Of a stretch of DNA of 64,000 nucleotides, positions 1 to 10,075 are shown piece after piece. Every line of letters begins with the position of its first letter. Position 1 is the stretch's first letter. The DNA lies in assembly GCA_963664195.1 (NCBI GenBank), contig OY760907.1:1344001-1408000 (forward strand), in the 5' to 3' direction. Under the pieces are notes generated by a model. It saw nothing but the letters and a program-made list of their open reading frames with translations. It was not told the origin of the DNA and did not search any database. Source of the stretch: an uncultured candidate division Zixibacteria bacterium (GTDB lineage: Bacteria; Zixibacteria; MSB-5A5; GN15; FEB-12). The position numbers and the translations under genes are program-made.

Positions 1-1127
1 GCTTCGTCCGCGATTCCGGTCGGCACGTAAGTAGTGTTGGTGAGAATCACCACCGAGGTCTCTGTATCCAGCGCAACTGCAATGTCAAGGTCCCCGTCGC
101 CGTCGAAATCATCGGCGCAGATGGCATTGGGCGGGTTTCCGGCTGCGAAGCTGCCGTTGTGGAAAAATGATCCGGAACCGTTGTTCTGAAGCCAGTTGAT
201 GTTCGACGTCCCACGGCAACCGGCGACAACGTCGATGTCACCGTCGTCGTCGAAATCCCCCAGGCAGAGCGATCTTGAATCGCCCTCTACCGTGGAGTTC
301 ACCGCAGCGGCAAAGGTGCCGTCACCGTCGTTTAGAAAAATCGATACGTTATGTGTGGAGTCGTTGACGGCGGCGATGTCGATGTGTCCGTCACCGTTCA
401 AGTCGGCCGCCCGCAGCTCATGCGGGTGCCGGCCTGCAGCGTAACTGACCGGAGGATCAAAAGCAGTTGCATCCGAGTTTATGAGAACCGAAACCTGGTT
501 GTAGTACCAGTTGGCAGCAGCAACGTCCGGCCTGCTGTCACCGTCGAAGTCCGCCGCGCAGACCGAGTATCCGCCCAAACCGATGTTGCAGGAGTCCACC
601 GGGATTAGTGTCCCACCCCCGACGTTTTCCAGAATCGTCACGGTTTCCCCCGTATAGCGGGCGACCGCGACATCCAGATCGTGGTCACCGTCGAAATCGA
701 GCACACAGACGGACACCGGGCTGCTCCCCACCCGACACCTGCTCGAAACGGCAAAGCTGCCGGTACCATCGTTGGCGAAAACGAGCACGCTGTCCATCAA
801 GTCGGTTGTGACCAGCAAATCCAAATCGGTATCGCCGTCCATGTCTGCGGCTCGGACGCAGCCGGGGTTTTCGCCGGTGGCGTAATACTCCGGAGGGCCA
901 AAGGAACCGTCGCCGAGGTTTCTTACTATGCAGAGCTGGCCTATCAGCCTGAGTGTCACTGCCAGGTCCTTGTCGCCATCGCTGTCGAAATCGCCCGAGC
1001 AGATGGAGGACTGCACGTTCCCCCCAACGCCGTACAGGGTCGGGCTTTCAAAGAGCGGGGCGGCAACCAGATTGGCGCCAGAGACAAGCGTTGCCAGGAT
1101 CAGTAGCAGAAGTGTAACGAGTCGCAT
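1..1127 (-). CDS. FG-GAP/VCBS repeat secreted protein (3' end runs off window)
   Basis: Manually translated from ATG at 1127: signal peptide MRLVTLLLLILATLVSGA, then repeated DFDxDGDxDL/NDGDGTF motifs; open to the window edge, so absent from the ORF track. Confidence 0.85.
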   Translation of the reverse strand, partial: MRLVTLLLLILATLVSGANLVAAPLFESPTLYGVGGNVQSSICSGDFDSDGDKDLAVTLRLIGQLCIVRNLGDGSFGPPEYYATGENPGCVRAADMDGDTDLDLLVTTDLMDSVLVFANDGTGSFAVSSRCRVGSSPVSVCVLDFDGDHDLDVAVARYTGETVTILENVGGGTLIPVDSCNIGLGGYSVCAADFDGDSRPDVAAANWYYNQVSVLINSDATAFDPPVSYAAGRHPHELRAADLNGDGHIDIAAVNDSTHNVSIFLNDGDGTFAAAVNSTVEGDSRSLCLGDFDDDGDIDVVAGCRGTSNINWLQNNGSGSFFHNGSFAAGNPPNAICADDFDGDGDLDIAVALDTETSVVILTNTTYVPTGIADE

Positions 1128-1352
1128 TCGTGCTCTCCCTCCGTGTGACGACGGCATGCCGGGAAAATGCCCTGTCACACCTCACCTGATTTGACTTGGC
1201 CCCCCGGCAGTGAATCTGCGACTATTGCCCGTTGTCCGATTGGAGGTGAAAGGCAGATCGAATGCTCTAATATGCACGATGGAGATTCAGGCGTCAAGCG
1301 GGAAGATCCCAACTCGGAGCAAACGGGTTCGACCCGTCTGGCGGGCTATGAG

Positions 1353-2240
1353 TCAGTCCTTGGGCGGCCCGCCGTCTGTCGTGTTTGGTGCCCCATCATT
1401 CATGGTCGGAAAAACTTCTGCCGTTTCCGCCGACGAGTCTTTCATCTGGCGGAGTTTCAGGTAGGCGGTGGCGAAGATGCACAACAGCAGCGGACCGGTA
1501 ACCACTCCCCCGAAACTCGGTACGTTGGCCAAACCAAAGAAACCGAAATCCCTTATTGAATCCCAGTAGAACGGAAGGAACGGAATATACCCGAGGATCA
1601 TCCCCGCCCAGCTCATCACTGCAAGCGCGAACCCGAGTAATACCAGCGTGCCGCCGTTCCCCTTCACCAGATAGGAGCTTCGCTTCAACGCGTCGAATAC
1701 TCCCATCAGCGGTTCGTCCAACATCACGAAGTATATCAGCCAATACCGCACCAGCAGGATCATGAGCAGACCGATATTGACCATCTCAAACAACAGGATA
1801 TCGAGCGGGAACGTTGCCGAGATGGCACCGGAGGCCATACGAGAAAACATGAAGACGAAAGTCGGGATCAAGCCCACGACGAATGCGAGCACCATCAGCC
1901 AGAAGATCGCCTGCATGGAACCGTACTGTTTGAACCCAGCAAAGAAGTCTGAGAAACGCGGTTTTTCGCCCCGAGCCATGTTGCCGCAGAACTTGTACGT
2001 CCCCGCGATGAGGGGCGGTCCGATTATCAGGAAGACGAGACCGCCGACAAACGTGAGCAGCAGCACAAGCAGGGTCTGGCCGGTCGACGGTTGGGCATCG
2101 CCGGGGCCGGGAAGCAGGAATGTTGGAATCGAGATAACCAGGGTGAACACCAGAAACCACCCCATCGCCGGCCATTTGAATTTCAGAAAGGCCTTCCACC
2201 CGTCGTAGAAGCAGTCAGTGATACTTAGCTTTTGATCCAT
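1353..2240 (-). CDS. Integral membrane protein, DUF975/BPSS1780-like
   Basis: Multiple TM segments; motifs 'FSDFFAGFK' and 'ALKRSSYLVKGN'; GAGGGA RBS before ATG 2240. Confidence 0.65.
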   Translation of the reverse strand: MDQKLSITDCFYDGWKAFLKFKWPAMGWFLVFTLVISIPTFLLPGPGDAQPSTGQTLLVLLLTFVGGLVFLIIGPPLIAGTYKFCGNMARGEKPRFSDFFAGFKQYGSMQAIFWLMVLAFVVGLIPTFVFMFSRMASGAISATFPLDILLFEMVNIGLLMILLVRYWLIYFVMLDEPLMGVFDALKRSSYLVKGNGGTLVLLGFALAVMSWAGMILGYIPFLPFYWDSIRDFGFFGLANVPSFGGVVTGPLLLCIFATAYLKLRQMKDSSAETAEVFPTMNDGAPNTTDGGPPKD

Positions 2241-2281
2241 GATTTCCCTCATCAGCCCCGATTGAACAGCGATTACTCAAT

Positions 2282-2310
2282 GGCGGGTTCGAAGACGGAC
2301 CCGCCCTACA
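2282..2310 (-). repeat. GTAG-led REP-like palindrome
   Basis: Minus strand TGTAGGGCGGGTCCGTCTTCGAACCCGCC. Confidence 0.55.
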
Positions 2311-2346
2311 GAAGTCCCGACCGCAAAGACCAGCCGTCCGCAGGGA

Positions 2347-3177
2347 CTACATCCTTTCCACGCACCCCGCGATCAAATCACGCAACTTCGGTTCCGCCTC
2401 ACCGGCGATCTTCAGCACTTCCTCGATTGAGCACGGGTGCATATTGTCCGGCAGACCCATATCGGTCACGATCGAGAATCCGAGAATCCTGTTGTGCTGG
2501 TGGTGCGCCGTGATGACCTCCGGCACGGTCGACATCCCCACCGCATCCGCACCGAGAATACGGAACATGCGGTACTCTGCCGCCGTTTCGAGCGTCGGGC
2601 CGGTCACGCCGATATACACGCCTTCTTGAAGGCGAAGTTTCTGTTCCAGCGCTACCTCGCGTGCGATATCCAGATAGCCGCGATTGTACACCTCGTAACA
2701 GTCCGGGAAACGGTTTCCCCACTCGTCGTGGTTGGGGCCGATCAGCGGGTTGCCCGGGAAGAAATTGATATGGTCCTTGATCAGCATGATATCGCCCGGC
2801 TTGAAGTTCGGGTTCAATCCGCCGCAGGCGTTGGAGACCACCAGCGTTTCGATCCCGATTTTCTTCAGCGTCCGGATCGGAAATGCAATCTGCTGCATCG
2901 AGTAGCCTTCGTAGAAATGAAACCGCCCCTGCATGCAGACGACTTTCTTTCCGCGAAGGTGCCCGAACAACAGGCGGCCGTGATGTGACTCGACAGTCGA
3001 CACCGGAAAGTGCGGAATCTCATCGTAGTCTATCGTTGCCACCATGTCGATACCGTCGACCAGCGACCCCAGTCCGGTGCCGAGGATAATGCCTACCTGC
3101 GGCTCGAAATCGACTTTGCTCTTGATATACTTCGTTGCCTCGACAAGCATCAAGGAAAATTGTTCTGTGGTGTACAT
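2347..3177 (-). CDS. punA: Purine-nucleoside phosphorylase (trimeric PNP, PunA/XapA family)
   Basis: GIILGTGLG, MQGRFHFYEG, GPTLETAAE, GADAVGMSTVPE motifs. Confidence 0.93.
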   Translation of the reverse strand: MYTTEQFSLMLVEATKYIKSKVDFEPQVGIILGTGLGSLVDGIDMVATIDYDEIPHFPVSTVESHHGRLLFGHLRGKKVVCMQGRFHFYEGYSMQQIAFPIRTLKKIGIETLVVSNACGGLNPNFKPGDIMLIKDHINFFPGNPLIGPNHDEWGNRFPDCYEVYNRGYLDIAREVALEQKLRLQEGVYIGVTGPTLETAAEYRMFRILGADAVGMSTVPEVITAHHQHNRILGFSIVTDMGLPDNMHPCSIEEVLKIAGEAEPKLRDLIAGCVERM

Positions 3178-3191
3178 GCTGCTTCCCAGAC

Positions 3192-4184
3192 CTAATCCAA
3201 AAACACTGATATTCTCTCCCAGCCGTCTTCGGGGATGTTCGCCCCGACCACCTGGCAGACTTCAAACCCGCACGCCGACCCGAGCGCCCCGCACTTGTCC
3301 AGCGGGAGTCCGTTGACGTATCCGTACAGAAATCCCGATGCCCACAAATCCCCTGCGCCGGTAGTGTCAATCGCGGTACCGTCGCCGAGCGGATCAACCT
3401 TGATGATTTCCCCCTCACAGGCGATGAAACTCCCCCGTTTGCCAACTTTCAATACGGCGATGTCCGCTTTGGCCGCAAGGGCGTCAAGCGCTTTGGCTTC
3501 GTCCTTGAATCCGGTGAACGCGCGGGCTTCATCCTCGTTGGCGATCAGGATATCGACATAATCCCGTACGAATTCCTCGATATATTCTTTCGACTGTTCG
3601 ACTACCTGAAAGCTGGCCAGATCAAGCGACACGAGCGCTCCAGCCGCTTTGGCTGCTTTGAACGCTGCGAGAATCAGGTCCCGATTGAACAGCAGGTATC
3701 CTTCGATATGCACCACCGCAGCGCCCTCGAAACTCTTTTCGGTGATTTCCTCCGGCGTGGATTCAGACGACGCACCCAGGTAGGTGAACATAGTCCGCTG
3801 AGCATCGGAGGTGATGATCGAAAGCACACGGCCGGTGGCGGTTGCCGAAGTCATCAACTGCGGCTCGACATTGTTCTTCTTCAGATCCTTCTCGAGGAGA
3901 TCGCCGAGATAGTCCTGTCCGCGTTTGCCGACAAACCGGGCCGGTCCGCCGAGTTTTCCCGCACCTATGATCGTATTGCAGCAGGATCCGCCGGGAACGA
4001 CTTCCGGTTCGTTTTGTGAAGCCACGAGGGTTTTCTCGATGAACTCGCTGTCAACCAGGGTCATGCCCCCTTTGGCCGCGCCGGTCTTCTCGATGAACTC
4101 GTCGTTTTCGTAAATCAGCATGTCGACCAGGGCCGAGCCTACCCCGGCGATCAGTTTGCGGTCACCGTTATATGCGTAACTCAT
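3192..4184 (-). CDS. PfkB-family sugar/nucleoside kinase (adenosine kinase-like)
   Basis: GSALVD, PGGSCCN, ANEDEA and DTTGAGD PfkB signatures; adjacent to PNP. Confidence 0.88.
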   Translation of the reverse strand: MSYAYNGDRKLIAGVGSALVDMLIYENDEFIEKTGAAKGGMTLVDSEFIEKTLVASQNEPEVVPGGSCCNTIIGAGKLGGPARFVGKRGQDYLGDLLEKDLKKNNVEPQLMTSATATGRVLSIITSDAQRTMFTYLGASSESTPEEITEKSFEGAAVVHIEGYLLFNRDLILAAFKAAKAAGALVSLDLASFQVVEQSKEYIEEFVRDYVDILIANEDEARAFTGFKDEAKALDALAAKADIAVLKVGKRGSFIACEGEIIKVDPLGDGTAIDTTGAGDLWASGFLYGYVNGLPLDKCGALGSACGFEVCQVVGANIPEDGWERISVFLD

Positions 4185-4344
4185 TGTGCGTTCCCTCTAA
4201 GGAGTGCGAGAGTGATTTGTTGTGCCTCAGCGAGGTCGAACCTCAGCGGGGGGAATATAGTTGTTGAGAGTGCGTGTTCCAGCAAAAAACGTCGGGTGTG
4301 ATTCGTCGTGGTTTGGTTGTGACTCCGTGGGATGGGCAGTCATT

Positions 4345-4395
4345 GTAGGTCGCGGTTCCGAGGCGCACATATCATGTGCGGTGAGAAACCCGACA
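4345..4395 (+). repeat. GTAGGTCG-type REP-like palindrome
   Basis: GTAGGTCGCGGTTCCGAG-(hairpin)-GTGAGAAACCCGACA; near-identical ends recur at 50150-50195 (minus). Confidence 0.6.
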
Positions 4396-4397
4396 TC

Positions 4398-5384
4398 CTA
4401 TTTCATACGCTCCCGCGTCTTGTCTAGAAATCGTTCGGCTCTGCGGAGTATTTCCAATGTAGCCTTGAGATCCAACTCGCCGTCGACTTCTGCGCGATAG
4501 TCTTTTGCTTCAAACACGCACACCGTCATATCCTTACCCAATCCAAACCGGTCTGGTTTTGTCAGGCAATTAGATGCTTTATCCACCTCCATGAGAGCAG
4601 AGTGCCAACGATCCCGCAGCTGCTTCCGGTTGGATGCATTCTCCACCGAAATCTTGAAACAGAGCTTCTCTTCTTCAAGGAGCAGGTATTGATCGAAGTC
4701 TTTTCTGTCTTGCCCGTGCCAGTAGAATCCGAGGAATCCACCGCTTGGGTTTGGCACGTATCGCCAGTGTTTTTCTTTCAGCCCCAGTTCGTTTTGGAGC
4801 CTCTTGAAGAAACCGATCCATTGGTACCGCGTCCACTTTTTAATGGGCTTGGTCAAGAAGCTGTTGACTTCGTTCTCGATACATTGCAGGTGATTGAGGT
4901 AATCCAACAAGATGGGATTGTCGCCCTCATACGTTTCCAGGACATCGAGTATCTCACGTCTCAAGAACGCTTTGTAGCCTTCCTCCTTGATCTTCTTGTA
5001 GCTGCTTTGGTCTTCGGTCTTGTAGTAGATTCTCAGGATATCCTTTTCCGGGTAGTCCTTCCTTATCTTCTCGAAGTATGTCTTGAGTTGATTCGAGTGA
5101 TTGACGGTCCCCGTTTTGTCCTCGATTATGACGGCATACTTGCCGTTTATGACGCAGAAGACATCAATGTGCTCGTACTGCTTGAGTACCTCTACTGCTC
5201 TGATATTCTCGGGCGGTTTTCTGTCGTGCACCTTGAACAGAGCTTCTATCAGGCGACGGCCACATTCGTGCAGTTCGCTGTCCTCGTCTGCGCAATCGGG
5301 CGATGCCCAAGCCAGAAGCCAACAGATCATCGCATCTTGGGAAAGCTCGCTCGTGGCATAGCTAAAGAGATTCGGTCTGGTCAA
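4398..5384 (-). CDS. PD-(D/E)XK nuclease superfamily protein (PDDEXK_4-like)
   Basis: N-terminal NLFSYATSELSQDAxxCWLL and catalytic-type 'IDVFCVINGKYAVIIEDK...NQLKTY'. Confidence 0.75.
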   Translation of the reverse strand: MTRPNLFSYATSELSQDAMICWLLAWASPDCADEDSELHECGRRLIEALFKVHDRKPPENIRAVEVLKQYEHIDVFCVINGKYAVIIEDKTGTVNHSNQLKTYFEKIRKDYPEKDILRIYYKTEDQSSYKKIKEEGYKAFLRREILDVLETYEGDNPILLDYLNHLQCIENEVNSFLTKPIKKWTRYQWIGFFKRLQNELGLKEKHWRYVPNPSGGFLGFYWHGQDRKDFDQYLLLEEEKLCFKISVENASNRKQLRDRWHSALMEVDKASNCLTKPDRFGLGKDMTVCVFEAKDYRAEVDGELDLKATLEILRRAERFLDKTRERMK

Positions 5385-5494
5385 GACTCCTCCTTCCGGA
5401 TCGTGTGAGTGTACTACTTTGCACTAGCTAGTTCAAGGTAGTTGTCTGTCCACGTTGTGTCAAGCAGCGAGAGGATTGACTCGGCAGGCGCGGA

Positions 5495-5776
5495 GACCTG
5501 CCGATCGCGGACAGTCTATTCGCACCTCGCCCCGGCACGCGACCTACGAAGAACGGCGTGCGGCACAGAAGCATCGCAAACCTGATAGGATTGCGCGTAT
5601 CGAGGGCTGTCAGGTGGGGACACACCGTGTTGTTGACACCTGACCTCACAGATATGGGTGGATGCCACCAGTGGCATAAAAAAAACCGACCGGCCACACA
5701 AAGGCAACCGATCGGCAGAAATTACTCTCTTTGTAGGTCGAAACTAACGCAACTGTGTTGCCCTGTAGTTTCGACA
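5495..5776. repeat. Cluster of REP-like palindromes
   Basis: GTAGGTCGCG.. (minus, ends 5547), GTCAGGTG..CACCTGAC (about 5608-5645), GTAGGTCGAAACT..AGTTTCGACA (5733-5776). Confidence 0.55.
5678..5717 (-). terminator. Rho-independent terminator after divIVA
   Basis: Minus strand GCCGATCGGTTGC-loop-GTGGCCGGTCGGT followed by a T run. Confidence 0.65.
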
Positions 5777-5795
5777 TGTCCTGCGGTGATCAGGA

Positions 5796-6890
5796 TCAGG
5801 TCTGTTCGGCCTTATCCAACTCTTCTTCGAACTTGGCCACGACCTCATCGAGCTCATTGGCCAGTTTGTCCGGGGTGATCGGATCCGCCGGCTTTTCCTC
5901 CGACTGGTCCGGGTCGATCGTGTTATGCTCGAAAGACTCATCGCCGGACGCTTCAGCCACATTCACTTTGTCGGTCTGGTTACCAACGCCGGTATTACTG
6001 TCACCGTTTATGGCGACAAACCCCGGCGGAATGTCCTCGGCACGAGCATCGGTCTCCACTATCGCAGACGGGGGTGCTTCCAACACCGGCTCTTTCGCGG
6101 GCGGCGCCGGTTGTGGAGGGGCAGCATCAGCCTGTTCCTGGGCCTTGGCGGCCTTATAGCTTTCGAGAGCCGCAGCCAATTCCGGGTCGATAGCCGCTTC
6201 CGGCGTCTCTTCCGACCCGCCTTCTGATCCTTCATCCTGAAGCACGCTTTTCAGGGCCTCGGACAATTGCTCTTTGGAGCTTTCCGACAGGTCATCGTTT
6301 GGAGCCTCGGGGGAGTTAGCCTCCTCGGTCTTGATCGCTTCCTGTTCGGCCGGCTCTGAAGCGACCGTCTCGCGAGCGGAGGCTTCGACCTCGTTTGAGG
6401 AGGTTACCTCGATCTCATCTTCGCGCTTCTTCTGGTCACTCTCAGACTCGCCGATTTCCTCGACCAGCTCGAGGTGAGATTTGATGAGGTTACGCACCTT
6501 ACTCAGGTACGACCGCTTGGTCAGCTCGAGCCTGGTGATCTGCTCTTCAATGTCATCGACCTGCTGAGTGCGGGAGCCCAGCTCACGCTCTGCCTCGGCT
6601 TTCGCCTTGGAGAGTATCAGCTCCGCCTCCTGTTTGGCGTTGGCTACGGTCATGTCGGCATTACGACGGGCATCGATTGCGGCGTTCTTGATCGTCTCCT
6701 CGAACTGCTTCAGTCCGGAGAGCTGGCTCTGCAGCGACTCGATCTCCATTGAGAGCTTGAGGTTTTCCTGCCGGGCAGCCTCCAGAGAATCCGCGACGGA
6801 CTCCTTGAAACTGTTGACTTCGTCCTTGTCGTAGCCCCGCATCTGGTTCGGGAATTCGAAGTTTCGAACATCGTTCGGTGATAGATCCAT
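5796..6890 (-). CDS. divIVA: DivIVA domain protein with long acidic tail
   Basis: MDLSPNDVRNFEF..MRGYDKDEV N-terminus, coiled coil, downstream of yggS. Confidence 0.85.
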   Translation of the reverse strand: MDLSPNDVRNFEFPNQMRGYDKDEVNSFKESVADSLEAARQENLKLSMEIESLQSQLSGLKQFEETIKNAAIDARRNADMTVANAKQEAELILSKAKAEAERELGSRTQQVDDIEEQITRLELTKRSYLSKVRNLIKSHLELVEEIGESESDQKKREDEIEVTSSNEVEASARETVASEPAEQEAIKTEEANSPEAPNDDLSESSKEQLSEALKSVLQDEGSEGGSEETPEAAIDPELAAALESYKAAKAQEQADAAPPQPAPPAKEPVLEAPPSAIVETDARAEDIPPGFVAINGDSNTGVGNQTDKVNVAEASGDESFEHNTIDPDQSEEKPADPITPDKLANELDEVVAKFEEELDKAEQT

Positions 6891-7115
6891 GTTAACGCTC
6901 ACCTGCTTAGGTTTCCAATTCCGGCCCGAGTCGCTGATATAACCAGAAGTTTGTTCGAGCCGTTTCAAAACGGTACACTACTTATTGTTATCGAACCATT
7001 GCCGCAAAAACCTTAGCAGTTTGCCGGACTTAAGCAGTGCCTCCCTGTCTGATAGAACGAAAGAAGGATGTGAAAACGTTGCGATTTATTGGATCAATCG
7101 TGCGTGAGAGAAGCC

Positions 7116-7808
7116 CTAAAGAGACTGCCGGGAACCAAAAATAGCCGTGCCGACCCTGATCATCGTCGCTCCCTCCGCTATGGCTAGCTCGAAATCGCCG
7201 GACATACCCATCGAAAGGCAGTCAAACTGATCGCCGACAATCGCTTTCCCCTCCTTGAAAAGCTCCCGACAGCGGGCGAAAGCCTCACGGATATCATCCT
7301 CATCGTCGCTCTGCGGCCCAATAGCCATCAGACCGGCAAGCTCGATATTCGGCAACCCGTAGACTTTTTTCACCAGATCAAGCGTATCCTCAGGGGCCAC
7401 GCCGCTCTTGGCTTCCTCGCCGGAGATATTGACCTCGATCAGACACTCGATTTTCCGCTCGATTTCCCCGGCCCGCCTGCTGATTTCCTCGGCAAGTTTA
7501 AGCGAGTCAACAGAATGGATGACATCGAATAACTGCACCGCCTTTTTGACCTTGTTCGTCTGGAGATGCCCGATCATGTGGTAACGGGCGATATGCCCCA
7601 CCTCGATGATCTTCTCCTCCGCCTCCTGGATACGGCTTTCCCCGATATCCCTGCATCCGGCCGCCACAGCAGTCTGAATCATACTGGCAGAATGGGTCTT
7701 GGAAACCGCTACGAGGGTGATGTCGTTCGCGTCGCGGTCGTATTCTTCACAGGCCTCAGCAATGCGGCCGTGAATCTCCATGAGATTAGCAGCTATCGTG
7801 TCTTTCAT
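7116..7808 (-). CDS. yggS: PLP homeostasis protein YggS/PLPBP
   Basis: LVAVSKT, HMIGHLQTNK, LSMGMSGDFELAIAEGATMIRVGTAIFG. Confidence 0.95.
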   Translation of the reverse strand: MKDTIAANLMEIHGRIAEACEEYDRDANDITLVAVSKTHSASMIQTAVAAGCRDIGESRIQEAEEKIIEVGHIARYHMIGHLQTNKVKKAVQLFDVIHSVDSLKLAEEISRRAGEIERKIECLIEVNISGEEAKSGVAPEDTLDLVKKVYGLPNIELAGLMAIGPQSDDEDDIREAFARCRELFKEGKAIVGDQFDCLSMGMSGDFELAIAEGATMIRVGTAIFGSRQSL

Positions 7809-7874
7809 TTGTACGGAGAATTAAAGGTAAACCGGGCGGTTTTATCAAGAGAAATATGAGCGGAACTGGACCGA

Positions 7875-8114
7875 CTAGCAGTCCTGCTCCACGATAAGTT
7901 TCTGGCGACGGTCAAACCCGACCGATTCGACCTTCGAATATCGCATCACTTTCAAAGTGTGACGGAAGCTGTCGTCGGCGACGCTGACCTCTTTGACCCG
8001 CAAATCCTGTAACATACTGCCAAGCAAACCGTAGAGCTGCGCCAACTCGCTGGTGGTCAAATAGATCGCGCCCTCGGTGAAGGTCTTGTCCTCTTCGGCA
8101 TTGTATAATCGCAT
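7875..8114 (-). CDS. Small hypothetical protein (79 aa)
   Basis: Purine-rich RBS, globular composition, co-oriented with yggS. Confidence 0.6.
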   Translation of the reverse strand: MRLYNAEEDKTFTEGAIYLTTSELAQLYGLLGSMLQDLRVKEVSVADDSFRHTLKVMRYSKVESVGFDRRQKLIVEQDC

Positions 8115-8136
8115 GTTTTCGCTCTCTCTCGATTCT

Positions 8137-8294
8137 GTGCGCGGCAGACGTCCCCGTCTGCCCCAGCCTCACGCTTTCTCTCGTGATCGTCAGGGTTCCA
8201 TCCCTGAGGGATCCCCGGCCCAAGCAAGCTTGAACCGGCCACCCGGACAGAACATGCATCGTTCCGTGGGCGGCAGACGCTTGTCGTCTGCCCC
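8137..8294 (+). repeat. Two copies of palindrome GTGnGCGGCAGACG-loop-CGTCTGCCCCAG
   Basis: Copies at 8137-8164 and 8266-8294. Confidence 0.6.
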
Positions 8295-8298
8295 AGTA

Positions 8299-9471
8299 CT
8301 AAGCCGTCGCCAACTGGTACGAGTCCTGACTCATCGACGGGCCAAACAGGTTGGCCGGCATCGAGGCTGGCATCGTCGGTGTCGGAGCCGGCGGCTGGAA
8401 TTTCGTTTGGACGCCAGCCAGAGCCGTGTCTACCTTATCAAAGAAATTCTCGATTGTACTCGTCAAATGCTCGCGGGCCATATCGACCTGCGCCCCGCTG
8501 AACCCGAGTTCCTCGGCGGCGGCATCGAAAAACGCCGTGACGTTCTCGACCAGCTTGTCTTCGGTAGCATCGAGGTAACCGTCGACCGCATTGAAGAACG
8601 TCGCCATCATCTCGGTCGATCCCTTGGCTGCTACTTCACCGGCGGTATTGATGTACTGCTCGGTCGATTCCGGAGCGTCTTTGGCTACCTGTTCGGTCTG
8701 GGTGTTGAATTTCTGGGCGAATTCCATACTGAACTTGTTGTCCAGACGATATCGCAGCGCAAACCGGTTGGTCGTGCGACGGTGCGAGTCTTTCACGGAT
8801 TCATCCACCGAACGACGCACCTTCACCGACTCACAGTAGAACGATTTCATCTTGAAGTCGCGGCTCTGGACCTTCATCCGCCCCATATCCTGACCGGAAG
8901 CCTTGGTTCGCGAGTGGCTGCGCGACTCACCCACGTTTTCCTCGCCGGTGGTCTTGATTCTCTCAGAGCCTCGGAGGTCGAATTTCGCCGTCAGACCGAA
9001 CCCAGCTTTGGCGACTTCCTCAAGCTTGCTCAAATCACCGTTGGCGATTTCTGTCATCGTCTGCTGCACGGCGCTGAGATTGAACCGAAGGTCCAGCTTG
9101 TACTCAAGCGTCGCCTTGCGCTTGTACGAATAGGTACCGTCGGGTGCCTGCTCGACCGGAGCCTGCGTCGACGGAGCTTGCGCGTCCTCTCCTGTCTCGG
9201 TTTTGGTGTCACCGAGAGGGGAGTTGTTCTGCGCCGCGTCTTTTTTGTCTGCCGTCGGCGCCTGCGCTTCTTCTCTCTCCGCGACCGGAGTCGATTGTTC
9301 GTACTGATCTACCGGAGCCGTGTACCCCGGTGCCTCGGATTCGGGAACCTGGACGCGACCATCTTTGAAGTCCTCAGGAGTCCGGTTGGCGGCGACATCC
9401 TGCGCCTGTGTATAATTGCGGTCGATGAACTGATTGGCGATACTTGCCAGAAAACTCTGTAGTCCAGTCAT
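8299..9471 (-). CDS. Hypothetical protein with low-complexity N-terminus and helical C-terminus
   Basis: About 390-aa ORF, GAGGTG RBS before ATG 9471. Confidence 0.7.
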   Translation of the reverse strand: MTGLQSFLASIANQFIDRNYTQAQDVAANRTPEDFKDGRVQVPESEAPGYTAPVDQYEQSTPVAEREEAQAPTADKKDAAQNNSPLGDTKTETGEDAQAPSTQAPVEQAPDGTYSYKRKATLEYKLDLRFNLSAVQQTMTEIANGDLSKLEEVAKAGFGLTAKFDLRGSERIKTTGEENVGESRSHSRTKASGQDMGRMKVQSRDFKMKSFYCESVKVRRSVDESVKDSHRRTTNRFALRYRLDNKFSMEFAQKFNTQTEQVAKDAPESTEQYINTAGEVAAKGSTEMMATFFNAVDGYLDATEDKLVENVTAFFDAAAEELGFSGAQVDMAREHLTSTIENFFDKVDTALAGVQTKFQPPAPTPTMPASMPANLFGPSMSQDSYQLATA

Positions 9472-9646
9472 TGCCACACCTCTTTAGTCTTTTTTTACAG
9501 AACTATAATTGCCCTCTTTCCCTTATCGACTCCTGTATTGATTAGCAAAGGGCATCTGTGATGCTTGACGGGATTTGGCGGGTCTGTTATAATAGTTGTT
9601 CAAAAAGTAAACAGCATCACCGCTCAATTGCAGGGGAGGTCCCAAT

Positions 9647-10075
9647 ATGCCACGACAGTTCTTGACTCTCTTATCGCTCATGTTCGTTCTGGCTCTGGCC
9701 GGATGTTCGACTGATACCGGCGACGGTGCCGGCGGGCCGATCTCTTCGCAGCAGGACGAGGAACTGAGCCTCAAGGTAACGACCACCACCGGCGGGGCAG
9801 GTATTGAGCCGCAAACTACTATCACCTTCGACCTCCCGACGGCGGGCGAGTACACAGTTGTCGTCAGAAATGCCACCGGGTATCGAGTGAAACTGATATC
9901 CGGGCACGCGGATGCGGGAATTGTCCAGGTCGCGTGGGATGCGCGGAATGATGACGGCGAGCTAATCAAAGACGGGATTTACCTGTTTGAAATAACGGAC
10001 GGTGAGAATTACGCGTACAGGTACCGCCTAATGTGCATTACCGAAGACTGCGGAGGGCTGATCGACAATGACTAG
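9647..10075 (+). CDS. Lipoprotein with FlgD Ig-like domain
   Basis: Lipobox LAGC; TITFDLP..VAWDARNDDGELIKDGIYLFEI; GGAGG RBS. Confidence 0.7.
   Translation: MPRQFLTLLSLMFVLALAGCSTDTGDGAGGPISSQQDEELSLKVTTTTGGAGIEPQTTITFDLPTAGEYTVVVRNATGYRVKLISGHADAGIVQVAWDARNDDGELIKDGIYLFEITDGENYAYRYRLMCITEDCGGLIDND

Noticed and set aside
7068..7085. ATGTGAAAACGTTGCGAT resembling the Rex box upstream of divIVA
   Set aside because: Only one half-site matches
8077..9462. 461-aa plus-strand ORF
   Set aside because: Antisense shadow of the minus-strand gene 8299-9471; Arg-rich, no motifs
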